In this document: positions 8,945 to 17,636 of the stretch, piece by piece
How positions within the stretch are numbered: position 1 is the stretch's first letter
Layout: each line of letters begins with the position of its first letter
Source of the DNA: Betaproteobacteria bacterium
GTDB taxonomy: Bacteria; Pseudomonadota; Gammaproteobacteria; Burkholderiales; Burkholderiaceae_C
Length of the DNA stretch: 64,000 nucleotides
Assembly: GCA_031371275.1 (NCBI GenBank)
Contig: JANMJI010000021.1
Location: 2,369 to 66,368 of the forward strand
Direction: 5' to 3'
Translations under genes and position numbers: made by a program
Notes under the pieces: model-generated
What the model was told of the DNA's origin: nothing
Seen by the model: only the letters and a program-made list of their open reading frames with translations
The model's database searches: none

Positions 8945-9673
8945 CTACTTCACCATCTGCACGCTGCCGCTGACAGTGGCGGTGACGGTGGCCTTGCCGG
9001 CCTCCGTCGGCAAGGCGGCATCGTCGCTGGCCACAGCCATGGCCCGCACGCGCACCATCGGCATGCTGCCGCCGCTGTCGGTGTTGACCGTCACTTCACG
9101 CACCGTGTAGCCGGCAAAGCCGAATTGCTTGCTGACGGCTTCGGCGCGGCTGCGAAAACGGTCTATGGCCGATGCGGCCACCTCGCCTTCGACCTTTTCG
9201 CGCGCCTCACGCGACAGTGAAAAGCCGACGCGCGCGATGCTCAGCGTCTGGATGCGCGCAGTGAGTTGCGCGATGGCTTGCGTGTCACGCCCCTGCACCA
9301 CCAGTTCGGTGCTGCCCTGCCAGCCGACGATGCCGCCGGGCAGGCCCGCGGACGACCCCTTGGTGGCCACCGGTGCATAGCGCGGGTAGAGCGAAAACGC
9401 GCCCGTCTGCACTTCCACCAACCCCGGCTTGGCGGCCTTGCGGGCTTCGGTCAACGCAGTGTCCAGCGCCTGCTTCAACAGGTTTTGCAGCGCGCCTGCA
9501 TCGCCGCCTTCACGCGTGGTGGCAAAGACCACGGTCAGCCAGTCCTTGTTCACTTCCAGCGCAGCACTGGCCGTCAGGCTGGCCACGTTTTGCGGCACCG
9601 GCAAGGTTTGGGCGGCGACGGGCAGCCCCGGCAAGACCAGCGCAACAGCGGCAACACAGCGTACAAATTTCAT
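8945..9673 (-). CDS. SIMPL (DUF541) domain periplasmic protein
   Basis: Signal peptide, two-lobed SIMPL pattern ending in AGKATVTATVSGSV. The position divergent from ompR fits what I recall for Burkholderiales. Confidence 0.85.
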   Translation of the reverse strand: MKFVRCVAAVALVLPGLPVAAQTLPVPQNVASLTASAALEVNKDWLTVVFATTREGGDAGALQNLLKQALDTALTEARKAAKPGLVEVQTGAFSLYPRYAPVATKGSSAGLPGGIVGWQGSTELVVQGRDTQAIAQLTARIQTLSIARVGFSLSREAREKVEGEVAASAIDRFRSRAEAVSKQFGFAGYTVREVTVNTDSGGSMPMVRVRAMAVASDDAALPTEAGKATVTATVSGSVQMVK

Positions 9674-9753
9674 GGGAATCCTTATCGAAACGCGCACGGT
9701 GTGGCGCATTTCACAGCTTGGCAAATGCCTTTCCGCTGCGGTGCGGAAAGACT

Positions 9754-9817
9754 TGTAACAGGCCGTCAGACCAGCCCAAAACGCCAAGGTTCAGCCCCTC
9801 ACAATGCGGCTGTTACA
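9754..9817. promoter_or_regulatory. Candidate OmpR-family half-sites TGTAACA (9754-9760) and TGTTACA (9811-9817)
   Basis: Two AT-rich, mutually inverted heptamers in the SIMPL/ompR intergenic region resemble GTTAC/GTAAC sites of OmpR/CpxR/AmgR-type regulators. Confidence 0.4.
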
Positions 9818-9832
9818 AATTGGGAGCTGTTC

Positions 9833-10567
9833 ATGACCACGCCTGCCAACACCCGTGCCGACCGCATTGTGGTGGTCGACGACGATGCCCGCATCCGCGA
9901 CCTGCTGCGCCGCTACCTGGCCCAGGAAGGCTTTGATGTGCTGCTGGCCGAAGACGCCAAGGCGCTGAACCGGGTGCTCACGCGCGAGACGGTGGATCTC
10001 ATCGTGTTGGACCTGATGCTGCCCGGTGAAGATGGCCTGTCCATCTGCCGCCGGCTGCGTGCGGCCAACGACCTGACGCCGATCATCATGCTCACCGCCA
10101 AGGTCGAAGATGTTGACCGCATCGTGGGCCTGGAAGTGGGCGCCGACGACTACCTGCCCAAGCCCTTCAACCCGCGCGAGTTGCTGGCCCGCATTCACGC
10201 CGTGCTGCGCCGCCGGCCGACGCAAGAAGCACCGGGCGCGCCCAGCAAAGAAGCGCAGGTGGTGAACTTCGGGCCTTTCGAGTTCGATCTTTCGCTGCGC
10301 CGGCTTTCAAAACATGGCGAGCAAATTGCACTGACCACGGGTGAGTTCAGCATGCTCAAGGCGTTGGTGCGCCACCCGCGTCAACCGCTCAGTCGTGACA
10401 AGCTGGCGCAGCTTGCCCGGGGCCGCGAGTTCGAGCCCTTCGACCGCAGCCTGGATGTGCAGATCTCGCGCCTGCGCAAGATGCTCGAACCCGATCCGGC
10501 ACAGCCGCGCTACATCCAGACGGTGTGGGGTGTGGGTTATGTCTTCGTGCCCGATGGCGCCAGCTGA
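9833..10567 (+). CDS. ompR: OmpR-family response regulator (OmpR/RisA/AmgR-like)
   Basis: REC domain (VVDDD, LDLMLPGEDG, KPF) and winged helix (DRSLDVQISRLR, YIQTVWGVGY). Confidence 0.93.
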   Translation: MTTPANTRADRIVVVDDDARIRDLLRRYLAQEGFDVLLAEDAKALNRVLTRETVDLIVLDLMLPGEDGLSICRRLRAANDLTPIIMLTAKVEDVDRIVGLEVGADDYLPKPFNPRELLARIHAVLRRRPTQEAPGAPSKEAQVVNFGPFEFDLSLRRLSKHGEQIALTTGEFSMLKALVRHPRQPLSRDKLAQLARGREFEPFDRSLDVQISRLRKMLEPDPAQPRYIQTVWGVGYVFVPDGAS

Positions 10568-10622
10568 TGCCGGCGGGTTTGTGCTTGTGCGCCTGCTCCA
10601 CTGCGCGCGGGGTTGGGCCGTC

Positions 10623-10671
10623 TGTGGACGATTCGCGGACGATTTGTGGACGGTTCGCGGACGGTTCGCGG
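10623..10671. repeat. 11-nt tandem repeat (YGYGGACGRTT) x4.5
   Basis: TGTGGACGATT CGCGGACGATT TGTGGACGGTT CGCGGACGGTT CGCGG in the ompR-envZ spacer. Confidence 0.85.
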
Positions 10672-10701
10672 GCCCTGCGCGGATGATGAGCATCTAGTGC
10701 C

Positions 10702-12084
10702 GTGGCACGCCGCAACACCGTCGGCCTGAGCCTTTTCTGGCGCACCTTCTTCCTGCTGGCCGTGCTGCTGGCCGGGGGCGTATTTGCCTGGCTGCAAACC
10801 TTGCGCGCGCTGGAATTCGAACCCCGTGCCATGCAGGCCGCGCAGCAGACGGCGCGGCTGGTGAACCTGGCGCGCGCGGCGCTGAAAACCGCCGACGGCA
10901 TCAACCGCGTAGCCTTGCTGAAAAGCCTGACGGCGCAAGAAGCCACGCGCGTGACCCCGCGCGAACCCGCTGACCGCTGGGAAGCCTATGAGCAAGACCG
11001 CTTTTCACGCCGCGTCAGCGAAGACCTGCGCAACGCGCTGGGGCCAGACGCCGTGGTGGCGCGCAGCGTCAACGGCACGCCCGGCATGTGGGTCGGCTTT
11101 TCGATAGACCGTGACCGCTACTGGCTGCAGGCCGAATCGGCCCACGGCGCGGCCATCAACCGCGACACCTGGCTGACCTGGACGGGCATTGCGCTGCTGG
11201 CCACGCTGCTGGGTTCGGTGGCCATTGCCAGCCTCATCAACCGGCCGCTGCGCCAGTTGTCTTTTGCGGCCAGCCGCATCCGCGAAGGCGACCTGGATTC
11301 ACGGCTCGACGAAAACACGCTGACCAGCGAGATACGCGAAGTCAACATGGGCTTCAACCGCATGGCGCGTGAACTGGCGCGCGTCGAAGAAGACCGCGCG
11401 GTGATGCTGGCCGGCATCAGCCACGACCTGCGCACGCCGCTGGCGCGCCTGCGCCTGGAAACCGAGATGAGTGTGGAAGACGAGGAGGCCAAGCACAACA
11501 TGGCGCTCGACATCGACCAGCTTGACGCCATCATCGACAAATTCATGGACTACGCGCGGCCGGGTGAAACGCAATTGCGGCCGGTGCATGTGTCGCAGTT
11601 GATAGACCATGAAGCCACGCTGTTCAGAGACCCGACGCAAATTCGCATCACGTCGCGCGTGGCCATAGACCTGGCGGTGATGGCCGATGAAACCGAACTC
11701 GGACGCGTCTTCCTGAACCTGTTCGAAAACGCCCGCCGCTACGGGCGCGGCACCTACACCGGCGTGGCCGAGGTCGCCATCAGCTATGTCAAGACGGGGC
11801 CCTGGGCGATCATCAGCGTGCGCGACCAGGGCCCCGGTGTGGCACCTGAAAAACTGCCACAGCTGACGACGCCTTTCTTTCGTGGCGACGCCGCGCGCAC
11901 CGCGGCCACCGGCGCCGGCCTGGGCCTGGCCATCGTCGAGAAAGCCATGCTGCGCATGGGCGGCAGTCTGGAATTGGCCAACGCACCCGACGGCGGGCTG
12001 GTGGCCCACCTGCGCTTGAAGCGCGCGCTGGGCACCGAGCCCATGGTGGCGCGCACCGGCCGGCGTGTCAGATCAAGCAGCTGA
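10702..12084 (+). CDS. envZ: EnvZ/RisS-like sensor histidine kinase
   Basis: Two TM helices, HAMP, H-box SHDLRTPL, N-box ENARRY, G1 DQGPG, G2 GAGLGL. Confidence 0.88.
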   Translation: MARRNTVGLSLFWRTFFLLAVLLAGGVFAWLQTLRALEFEPRAMQAAQQTARLVNLARAALKTADGINRVALLKSLTAQEATRVTPREPADRWEAYEQDRFSRRVSEDLRNALGPDAVVARSVNGTPGMWVGFSIDRDRYWLQAESAHGAAINRDTWLTWTGIALLATLLGSVAIASLINRPLRQLSFAASRIREGDLDSRLDENTLTSEIREVNMGFNRMARELARVEEDRAVMLAGISHDLRTPLARLRLETEMSVEDEEAKHNMALDIDQLDAIIDKFMDYARPGETQLRPVHVSQLIDHEATLFRDPTQIRITSRVAIDLAVMADETELGRVFLNLFENARRYGRGTYTGVAEVAISYVKTGPWAIISVRDQGPGVAPEKLPQLTTPFFRGDAARTAATGAGLGLAIVEKAMLRMGGSLELANAPDGGLVAHLRLKRALGTEPMVARTGRRVRSSS

Positions 12085-12097
12085 ACGGCGCGGCTTG

Positions 12098-12132
12098 TCG
12101 GCGCAGTTCATCGGCGCAGTTCATCGACGCAG
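12098..12132. repeat. 13-nt tandem duplication TCGGCGCAGTTCA x2 + partial
   Basis: Copies at 12098-12110 and 12111-12123, overlapping the ispF stop codon in the convergent envZ/ispF gap. Confidence 0.75.
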
Positions 12133-12609
12133 CAGCAGGCACACCGCCCGCGCTTCAATGGCCCGGCCCTCACCCACGGGGCCCATTTTCTCGGCCGTCT
12201 TGGCCTTCACGTTGACAGCGTCCAGCGCCAGCCCCAACGTGCCCGCGATGCACGCGCACATGGCCGCAATGTGCGGCGCCATCTTCGGCGCCTGGGCGAC
12301 GATGGTGCTGTCGATGTTGACGATGTCGAAGCCGGCGGCCTGCACGCGGCGCGCCGCTTCGGCCAGCAGCAGCACCGAGTCAGCGCCTTTGAAGGTGGTG
12401 TCGTTGTCGGGAAAGTGGCGCCCGATATCGCCCAGCCCGGCGGCGCCCAGCAGCGCATCGGTGATGGCATGCAGCAGCGCATCAGCATCGGAATGGCCGA
12501 GCAGGCCGTGGGTGTGCGGGATGGTCACGCCGCCCAGCACCAGCGGCCGGCCGGCGACGAGTTGGTGGCTGTCCCAGCCTTCGCCAATGCGCAGCGCATG
12601 CAGGTTCAT
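12121..12609 (-). CDS. ispF: 2-C-methyl-D-erythritol 2,4-cyclodiphosphate synthase
   Basis: [33 protein letters not shown]. Confidence 0.96.
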   Translation of the reverse strand: MNLHALRIGEGWDSHQLVAGRPLVLGGVTIPHTHGLLGHSDADALLHAITDALLGAAGLGDIGRHFPDNDTTFKGADSVLLLAEAARRVQAAGFDIVNIDSTIVAQAPKMAPHIAAMCACIAGTLGLALDAVNVKAKTAEKMGPVGEGRAIEARAVCLLLRR

Positions 12610-13328
12610 GGCGTCTCCAGAAAACGGGTTTCAAGCAAACGGGCGGCCAGCACAAAGTCTGCTGGCCAGGTGAGTTTGAAGTTTTCCTGCGCACCCGGCA
12701 CCAGCCGCGGCGCCAGGCCCAGGTGTTCGATGGCGCTGGCTTCATCGGTGATGGCCACGCCGGCCGCGGCGGCTTGATGCAGCGCCTTTTGCAGCAGGCC
12801 CAAGGGAAACATCTGCGGCGTTTGCGCCAGCCACTTGGCGCTGCGGTCCAGCGTCGCGGCGACGCGGTGTTGGGCGTCGGCGGCCTTCAGCGTGTCTGCC
12901 AGCGGCAGCGCCAGCAAGCCACCCACGGGGTCGTCCAGACAAGCGTCTATCAAACGGTCGACCCAGGCGGCTTGCAGCAGGCAGCGCGCGGCGTCGTGCA
13001 CCAGCACCCAGTCGCCTTCATCGGCACCGCGTTCGCGCAGCGCTTGCAGACCGGCGGACACGGTGTCGGCGCGTGTGGCGCCGCCGCAATCAGCCCACCA
13101 TTCGCGCGCGCCGCCGTAGCCGGGGGCATAGCGCAGGAAGCTGTCGTCGCCGGGCGCCAGCACCACCAGCGTGGCTTGCAGCCGCTGCACACCGGCCAGC
13201 GCCCGCAAGGTGTGCGCCACCACGCTGCGGCCGGCCAGCAGCGCGTACTGCTTGGGCCCGCCAGCACCCGCGCGCAGGCCGACGCCGGCGCAGGGCACAA
13301 GGGCATAACAGCGGCGGGCAGCAGACAT
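12606..13328 (-). CDS. ispD: 2-C-methyl-D-erythritol 4-phosphate cytidylyltransferase
   Basis: [33 protein letters not shown]. 4-nt overlap with ispF. Confidence 0.95.
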   Translation of the reverse strand: MSAARRCYALVPCAGVGLRAGAGGPKQYALLAGRSVVAHTLRALAGVQRLQATLVVLAPGDDSFLRYAPGYGGAREWWADCGGATRADTVSAGLQALRERGADEGDWVLVHDAARCLLQAAWVDRLIDACLDDPVGGLLALPLADTLKAADAQHRVAATLDRSAKWLAQTPQMFPLGLLQKALHQAAAAGVAITDEASAIEHLGLAPRLVPGAQENFKLTWPADFVLAARLLETRFLETP

Positions 13329-13335
13329 GTTGGCG

Positions 13336-13347
13336 GATTCTAGAATC
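13336..13347. promoter_or_regulatory. Palindrome GATTCTAGAATC giving a -10 hexamer TAGAAT on both strands (ispD/mfd divergent promoter)
   Basis: Perfect 12-bp palindrome in the 98-nt ispD-mfd gap. Confidence 0.55.
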
Positions 13348-13426
13348 GGCCCCTTCAAGCCCCCAAGCCCCGCTGTGCAGATGCAAAACTGCGCGCCGGG
13401 GCTGTACTTGTTTATAGAAACCTTCG

Positions 13427-16400
13427 ATGCAACTTCCGAACATCGCCCCCGGCAAGCGCTTCACCCTGCCCCGCCCCACAGGTTCTGCCGACGCCCTGCT
13501 GCTGGCCCGCCTGGGCCGCCAGCATGCCGATGCGCGGCGTGTGCTGGCCATCTTCACGGCCGAGCCTGCCGACACCCCGCGCCTGGCCGACGAAATGGCC
13601 TTCTTCGACCCCAAGCTGCGGGTGGCCCAGTTCCCCGACTGGGAGACCCTGCCCTACGACACCTTCAGCCCCCACCAGGACCTGATTTCCGAACGCCTGG
13701 CCACGCTGTGGCGCATTCACAGCGGTGATGTCGATGTGGTGCTGATGCCGGCCAGCACCGCGCTCACGCGCCTGTCTCCGCCATCGTTCATGGCCGGCAC
13801 CACCTTTCACTTCAAGCAGAAAAGCCGGCTTGACGAAGCCCAGCTGAAGACGCAGTTGACGCTGGCCGGCTACCAGCATGTCAGCCAGGTCGTCAGCCCC
13901 GGTGAATATGCCGTGCGCGGCGGCCTCATCGACCTGTTCCCGATGGGCAGCCTGGTGCCCTACCGCGTCGACCTGTTTGGCGACGAGGTCGACAGCATCA
14001 GAACGTTTGATCCTGATTCGCAGCGCAGCCTCTACCCGGTGCCCGAAGTGCGTTTGCTGCCGGGCCGCGAATTCCCGTTGGACGATGCTGCGCGCACGGC
14101 CTTTCGTGCCCGCTGGCGCGAGCAAATCGAAGGCGACCCGACGCGCTGCCGGCTGTACAAAGACATGGGCCAGGGCATTGCCGGCGGTGGCATCGAGTAC
14201 TACTTGCCGCTGTTCTTCGACAAGCTGGGCAACATCTTCAGCTACCTGGATGCCGGTGGCACGAAACCCGCGGCGCTGGTGCTGCATGGCAAGGTGGACG
14301 AAGCGCTGCAGGGGTGGTGGGTGGACACACGCGAACGCCACCGCTTCTTGCAACACGACCCTGAACGGCCGATATTGCCGCCGGCTGCGATCTTCATGCC
14401 AGCCGAAGAATTCTTCACGCGCACGCAGGCGCACGCCACGCTGCTGCTGCGCGGCGACGAGCCATTGGAATGGGCCCGCCCGTTGCCCGACCTGGGCATA
14501 GACCGCGGCGCCACGCAGCCTTTGAATTTGCTGGAACAGCACATCAAGCGCGGCACCCACCGCGTGCTGCTGGTGGCCGAAACCGATGGCCGCCGCGAAA
14601 GCCTGCTGGAGATGTTGCGCGACCACGGCATCAGCGTGCCGGCGGTTGATTCACTCGAAGACTTCATCACCGGCGCCGAGCCCGTAGCGATTGCGACCAC
14701 GCCGCTGGCCGAAGGTTTTCATTGGTTTGAGCCGCAGGCACAAACCAATATCCAGTTTGTCACCGAAACCGAACTCTTCGCCACCACGCGCGACGCGCGC
14801 CGGCGCCGCAAGCAAGAACAGGTCAGCAGCGTCGAGGCGCTCATCAAGGACTTGTCTGAATTGAAGGTGGGCGACCCGGTGGTGCACATGAACCACGGCA
14901 TTGGCCGCTATCAGGGGCTGGTGAACATCGACCTGGGCGAAGGCGCATCTGAATTCCTGCATTTGCAATACGCCGACAAGGCCACGCTGTATGTGCCGGT
15001 GTCGCAATTGCATTTGATCAGCCGCTACACCGGCGTCAGTGCCGACGAAGCGCCTTTGCACAAACTGGGTTCACCGCAATGGGACAAAGCGCGCCGCAAG
15101 GCGGCTGAGCAGGTGCGCGACACCGCGGCCGAGTTGCTGGCGCTGTACGCCCGCCGCGCCGCGCGCGAAGGCTTTGCGCACCGCTTCAGCCCGCAAGACT
15201 ACGAAGCCTTTGCCACGTCATTCGGCTTCGAGGAAACCGCCGACCAGCGCGCCGCCATCCACGCCGTGATTCAAGACATGGTGAGCCCGCGGCCGATGGA
15301 CAGGCTGATTTGCGGCGATGTCGGTTTCGGCAAAACCGAAGTCGCCCTGCGCGCTGCTTTTGTGGCCGTGCACGGCGGCAGACAGGTGGCCATATTGGCG
15401 CCCACCACGCTGCTGGCCGAACAGCATTTCCAGACACTGACAGACCGCTTTGGCAAATGGCCGGTGAAGATTGCCGAGCTGTCGCGCTTTCGCAGCCCCA
15501 AGGAAGTGAAGGCCGCCGTGGACGGCATTGCCGCCGGCACGGTAGACATCGTCGTCGGCACCCACAAGCTGCTCAGCAGCGACGTGAAATTCGCGCGGCT
15601 GGGCCTCTTGGTCATCGACGAAGAACACCGATTTGGCGTGCGCCACAAAGAAGCCATGAAGGCCATGCGCGCCGAAGTGGATGTGCTGACACTCACCGCC
15701 ACACCGATACCGCGCACCCTGGGCATGGCGCTGGAAGGTCTGCGCGATCTTTCCGTGATTGCCACCGCGCCGCAGCGCCGGCTGTCCATCAAGACCTTTG
15801 TGCGCGCCGAAGGCAACAGCGTGATACGTGAAGCCGTGCTGCGCGAATTGAAGCGCGGTGGCCAGGTCTACTTCCTGCACAACGAGGTTGAGACGATAGA
15901 AAACCGACGCCAGAAACTGGTGGAATTACTGCCCGAAGCGCGCATTGCCGTCGCCCACGGCCAAATGCCGGAACGCCAACTGGAAAGCGTGATGCGCGAC
16001 TTCGTGGCGCAGCGCCACAACGTGCTGCTGTGTTCGACCATCATCGAAACCGGCATTGACGTGCCCAGCGCCAACACCATCGTGATGAGCCGTGCCGACA
16101 AATTCGGCCTGGCGCAATTACACCAATTGCGTGGCCGCGTCGGCCGCAGCCACCACCAGGCCTATGCCTATTTGCTGGTGCCCGACATCGAAGGCCTGAG
16201 CAAACCGGCCGCGATGCGTTTGCAGGCCATTCAGGACATGGAAGAACTGGGGTCCGGCTTCTATCTCGCCATGCACGACCTTGAAATTCGCGGTGCCGGC
16301 GAAGTGCTGGGTGAAAACCAGAGCGGCAACATGATGGAGGTCGGCTTTCAGCTTTACAACGATATGTTGAGCGAAGCCGTACGCAGCCTGAAGGCCGGGC

Positions 16401-16894
16401 GTGAACCCGATTTGCTAAGCCCACTGGGTGGTGTCTTCGGCGCCACCACCGAAATCAACCTGCATTCACCGGCGCTGCTGCCCGATGCCTATTGCGGCGA
16501 CGTACACACGCGGCTGAACCTCTACAAACGCCTGGCCTCGGCAGAAAAACCAGAGCAGATCGACATGCTGCTGGAAGAGATCACCGACCGTTTTGGCAAG
16601 CTGCCCGCGCAAGGCCAGACGCTGTTTGACACGCACCGGCTGCGCGTGCTGGCCAGGCCTTACGGTGTGCAGAAGATAGACGCCGGCCCGAAGCTGATGA
16701 GCATCACCTTTCGCGCCAATTCGCCGATAAACCCGCAACGCATCGTCGAGCTGGTGCAGAAAAATCGCAGCGTCAAATTAACCGGCAATGACAAGCTGCG
16801 CATCGAACGCGAAATTACATTGCCGGCCGACAGGGCGCACTACCTGCGCGACTTGCTGCGCACTTTGGGCCAGCCGCTGAAGGCCGGTGTATGA
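13427..16894 (+). CDS. mfd: Transcription-repair coupling factor
   Basis: UvrB-homology N-terminus, CarD/RID domain, GDVGFGKT, DEEH, TATPIPRT, QLRGRVGR, TRG motif, C-terminal TRCF domain. Confidence 0.98.
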   Translation: MQLPNIAPGKRFTLPRPTGSADALLLARLGRQHADARRVLAIFTAEPADTPRLADEMAFFDPKLRVAQFPDWETLPYDTFSPHQDLISERLATLWRIHSGDVDVVLMPASTALTRLSPPSFMAGTTFHFKQKSRLDEAQLKTQLTLAGYQHVSQVVSPGEYAVRGGLIDLFPMGSLVPYRVDLFGDEVDSIRTFDPDSQRSLYPVPEVRLLPGREFPLDDAARTAFRARWREQIEGDPTRCRLYKDMGQGIAGGGIEYYLPLFFDKLGNIFSYLDAGGTKPAALVLHGKVDEALQGWWVDTRERHRFLQHDPERPILPPAAIFMPAEEFFTRTQAHATLLLRGDEPLEWARPLPDLGIDRGATQPLNLLEQHIKRGTHRVLLVAETDGRRESLLEMLRDHGISVPAVDSLEDFITGAEPVAIATTPLAEGFHWFEPQAQTNIQFVTETELFATTRDARRRRKQEQVSSVEALIKDLSELKVGDPVVHMNHGIGRYQGLVNIDLGEGASEFLHLQYADKATLYVPVSQLHLISRYTGVSADEAPLHKLGSPQWDKARRKAAEQVRDTAAELLALYARRAAREGFAHRFSPQDYEAFATSFGFEETADQRAAIHAVIQDMVSPRPMDRLICGDVGFGKTEVALRAAFVAVHGGRQVAILAPTTLLAEQHFQTLTDRFGKWPVKIAELSRFRSPKEVKAAVDGIAAGTVDIVVGTHKLLSSDVKFARLGLLVIDEEHRFGVRHKEAMKAMRAEVDVLTLTATPIPRTLGMALEGLRDLSVIATAPQRRLSIKTFVRAEGNSVIREAVLRELKRGGQVYFLHNEVETIENRRQKLVELLPEARIAVAHGQMPERQLESVMRDFVAQRHNVLLCSTIIETGIDVPSANTIVMSRADKFGLAQLHQLRGRVGRSHHQAYAYLLVPDIEGLSKPAAMRLQAIQDMEELGSGFYLAMHDLEIRGAGEVLGENQSGNMMEVGFQLYNDMLSEAVRSLKAGREPDLLSPLGGVFGATTEINLHSPALLPDAYCGDVHTRLNLYKRLASAEKPEQIDMLLEEITDRFGKLPAQGQTLFDTHRLRVLARPYGVQKIDAGPKLMSITFRANSPINPQRIVELVQKNRSVKLTGNDKLRIEREITLPADRAHYLRDLLRTLGQPLKAGV

Positions 16895-17622
16895 ACCACG
16901 GGCATTCGATAGAAATCGAACCCGGCCTGTGGCTGCGCGGCCGGGCTGCACAACCGCCGCCGCTGCGCCTGGGCAGTTTCAAGCTGGTGGCTTTTGACAT
17001 GGATTCGACGCTCATCAACATCGAATGCATTGACGAGATGGCTGCCGCCGTGGGCCGCAAGGCCGAAGTGGCGGCCATCACCGAAGCGGCCATGCGCGGC
17101 GAGACCACCGATTTTGCTACCAGCCTGCGCCAGCGCCTGGCACTGCTGAAGGGTGTGCCCCTGTCGGCGCTGGAAGATGTCTACACGCAGCGCCTGCAGC
17201 TGAACCCGGGCGTGGAAGTTTTTGTGCAGGCCTGCCAGGCGGCAGGGCTGCAAACGCTGCTGGTGTCGGGTGGCTTCACTTTCTTCAGTGAACGCGTCAG
17301 CGCCCGTTTGAAGCTGGACTTTGCACGCGCCAACGAATTGGAAATTGCAGGGGGCCAGCTGACGGGCCGCCTGGTGCAGCAACCCTGGGGCGAGGTCGTA
17401 GACGGCGCCGAGAAAAAGCGCGTGCTGCTGGAAGTGGCCGAGCAGATGGGCATCACAGCCGCGCAAACCATTGCCGTGGGCGACGGCGCCAATGATTTGC
17501 CGATGATGGGCGCGGCTGGCCTGTCGATTGCCTTCCACGCCAAGCCTGCGGTGCGCGCGCAGGCCATGGTGTCCATCACCGAAGGCGGCATGGACCGTGC
17601 GCTGACGGTCTTGCGCGGCTGA
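16891..17622 (+). CDS. serB: Phosphoserine phosphatase
   Basis: HAD motif DMDST, VSGGF, GDGANDLPM. ATGA overlap with mfd. Confidence 0.93.
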   Translation: MNHGHSIEIEPGLWLRGRAAQPPPLRLGSFKLVAFDMDSTLINIECIDEMAAAVGRKAEVAAITEAAMRGETTDFATSLRQRLALLKGVPLSALEDVYTQRLQLNPGVEVFVQACQAAGLQTLLVSGGFTFFSERVSARLKLDFARANELEIAGGQLTGRLVQQPWGEVVDGAEKKRVLLEVAEQMGITAAQTIAVGDGANDLPMMGAAGLSIAFHAKPAVRAQAMVSITEGGMDRALTVLRG

Positions 17623-17636
17623 AGCCGGGCTGCGGG

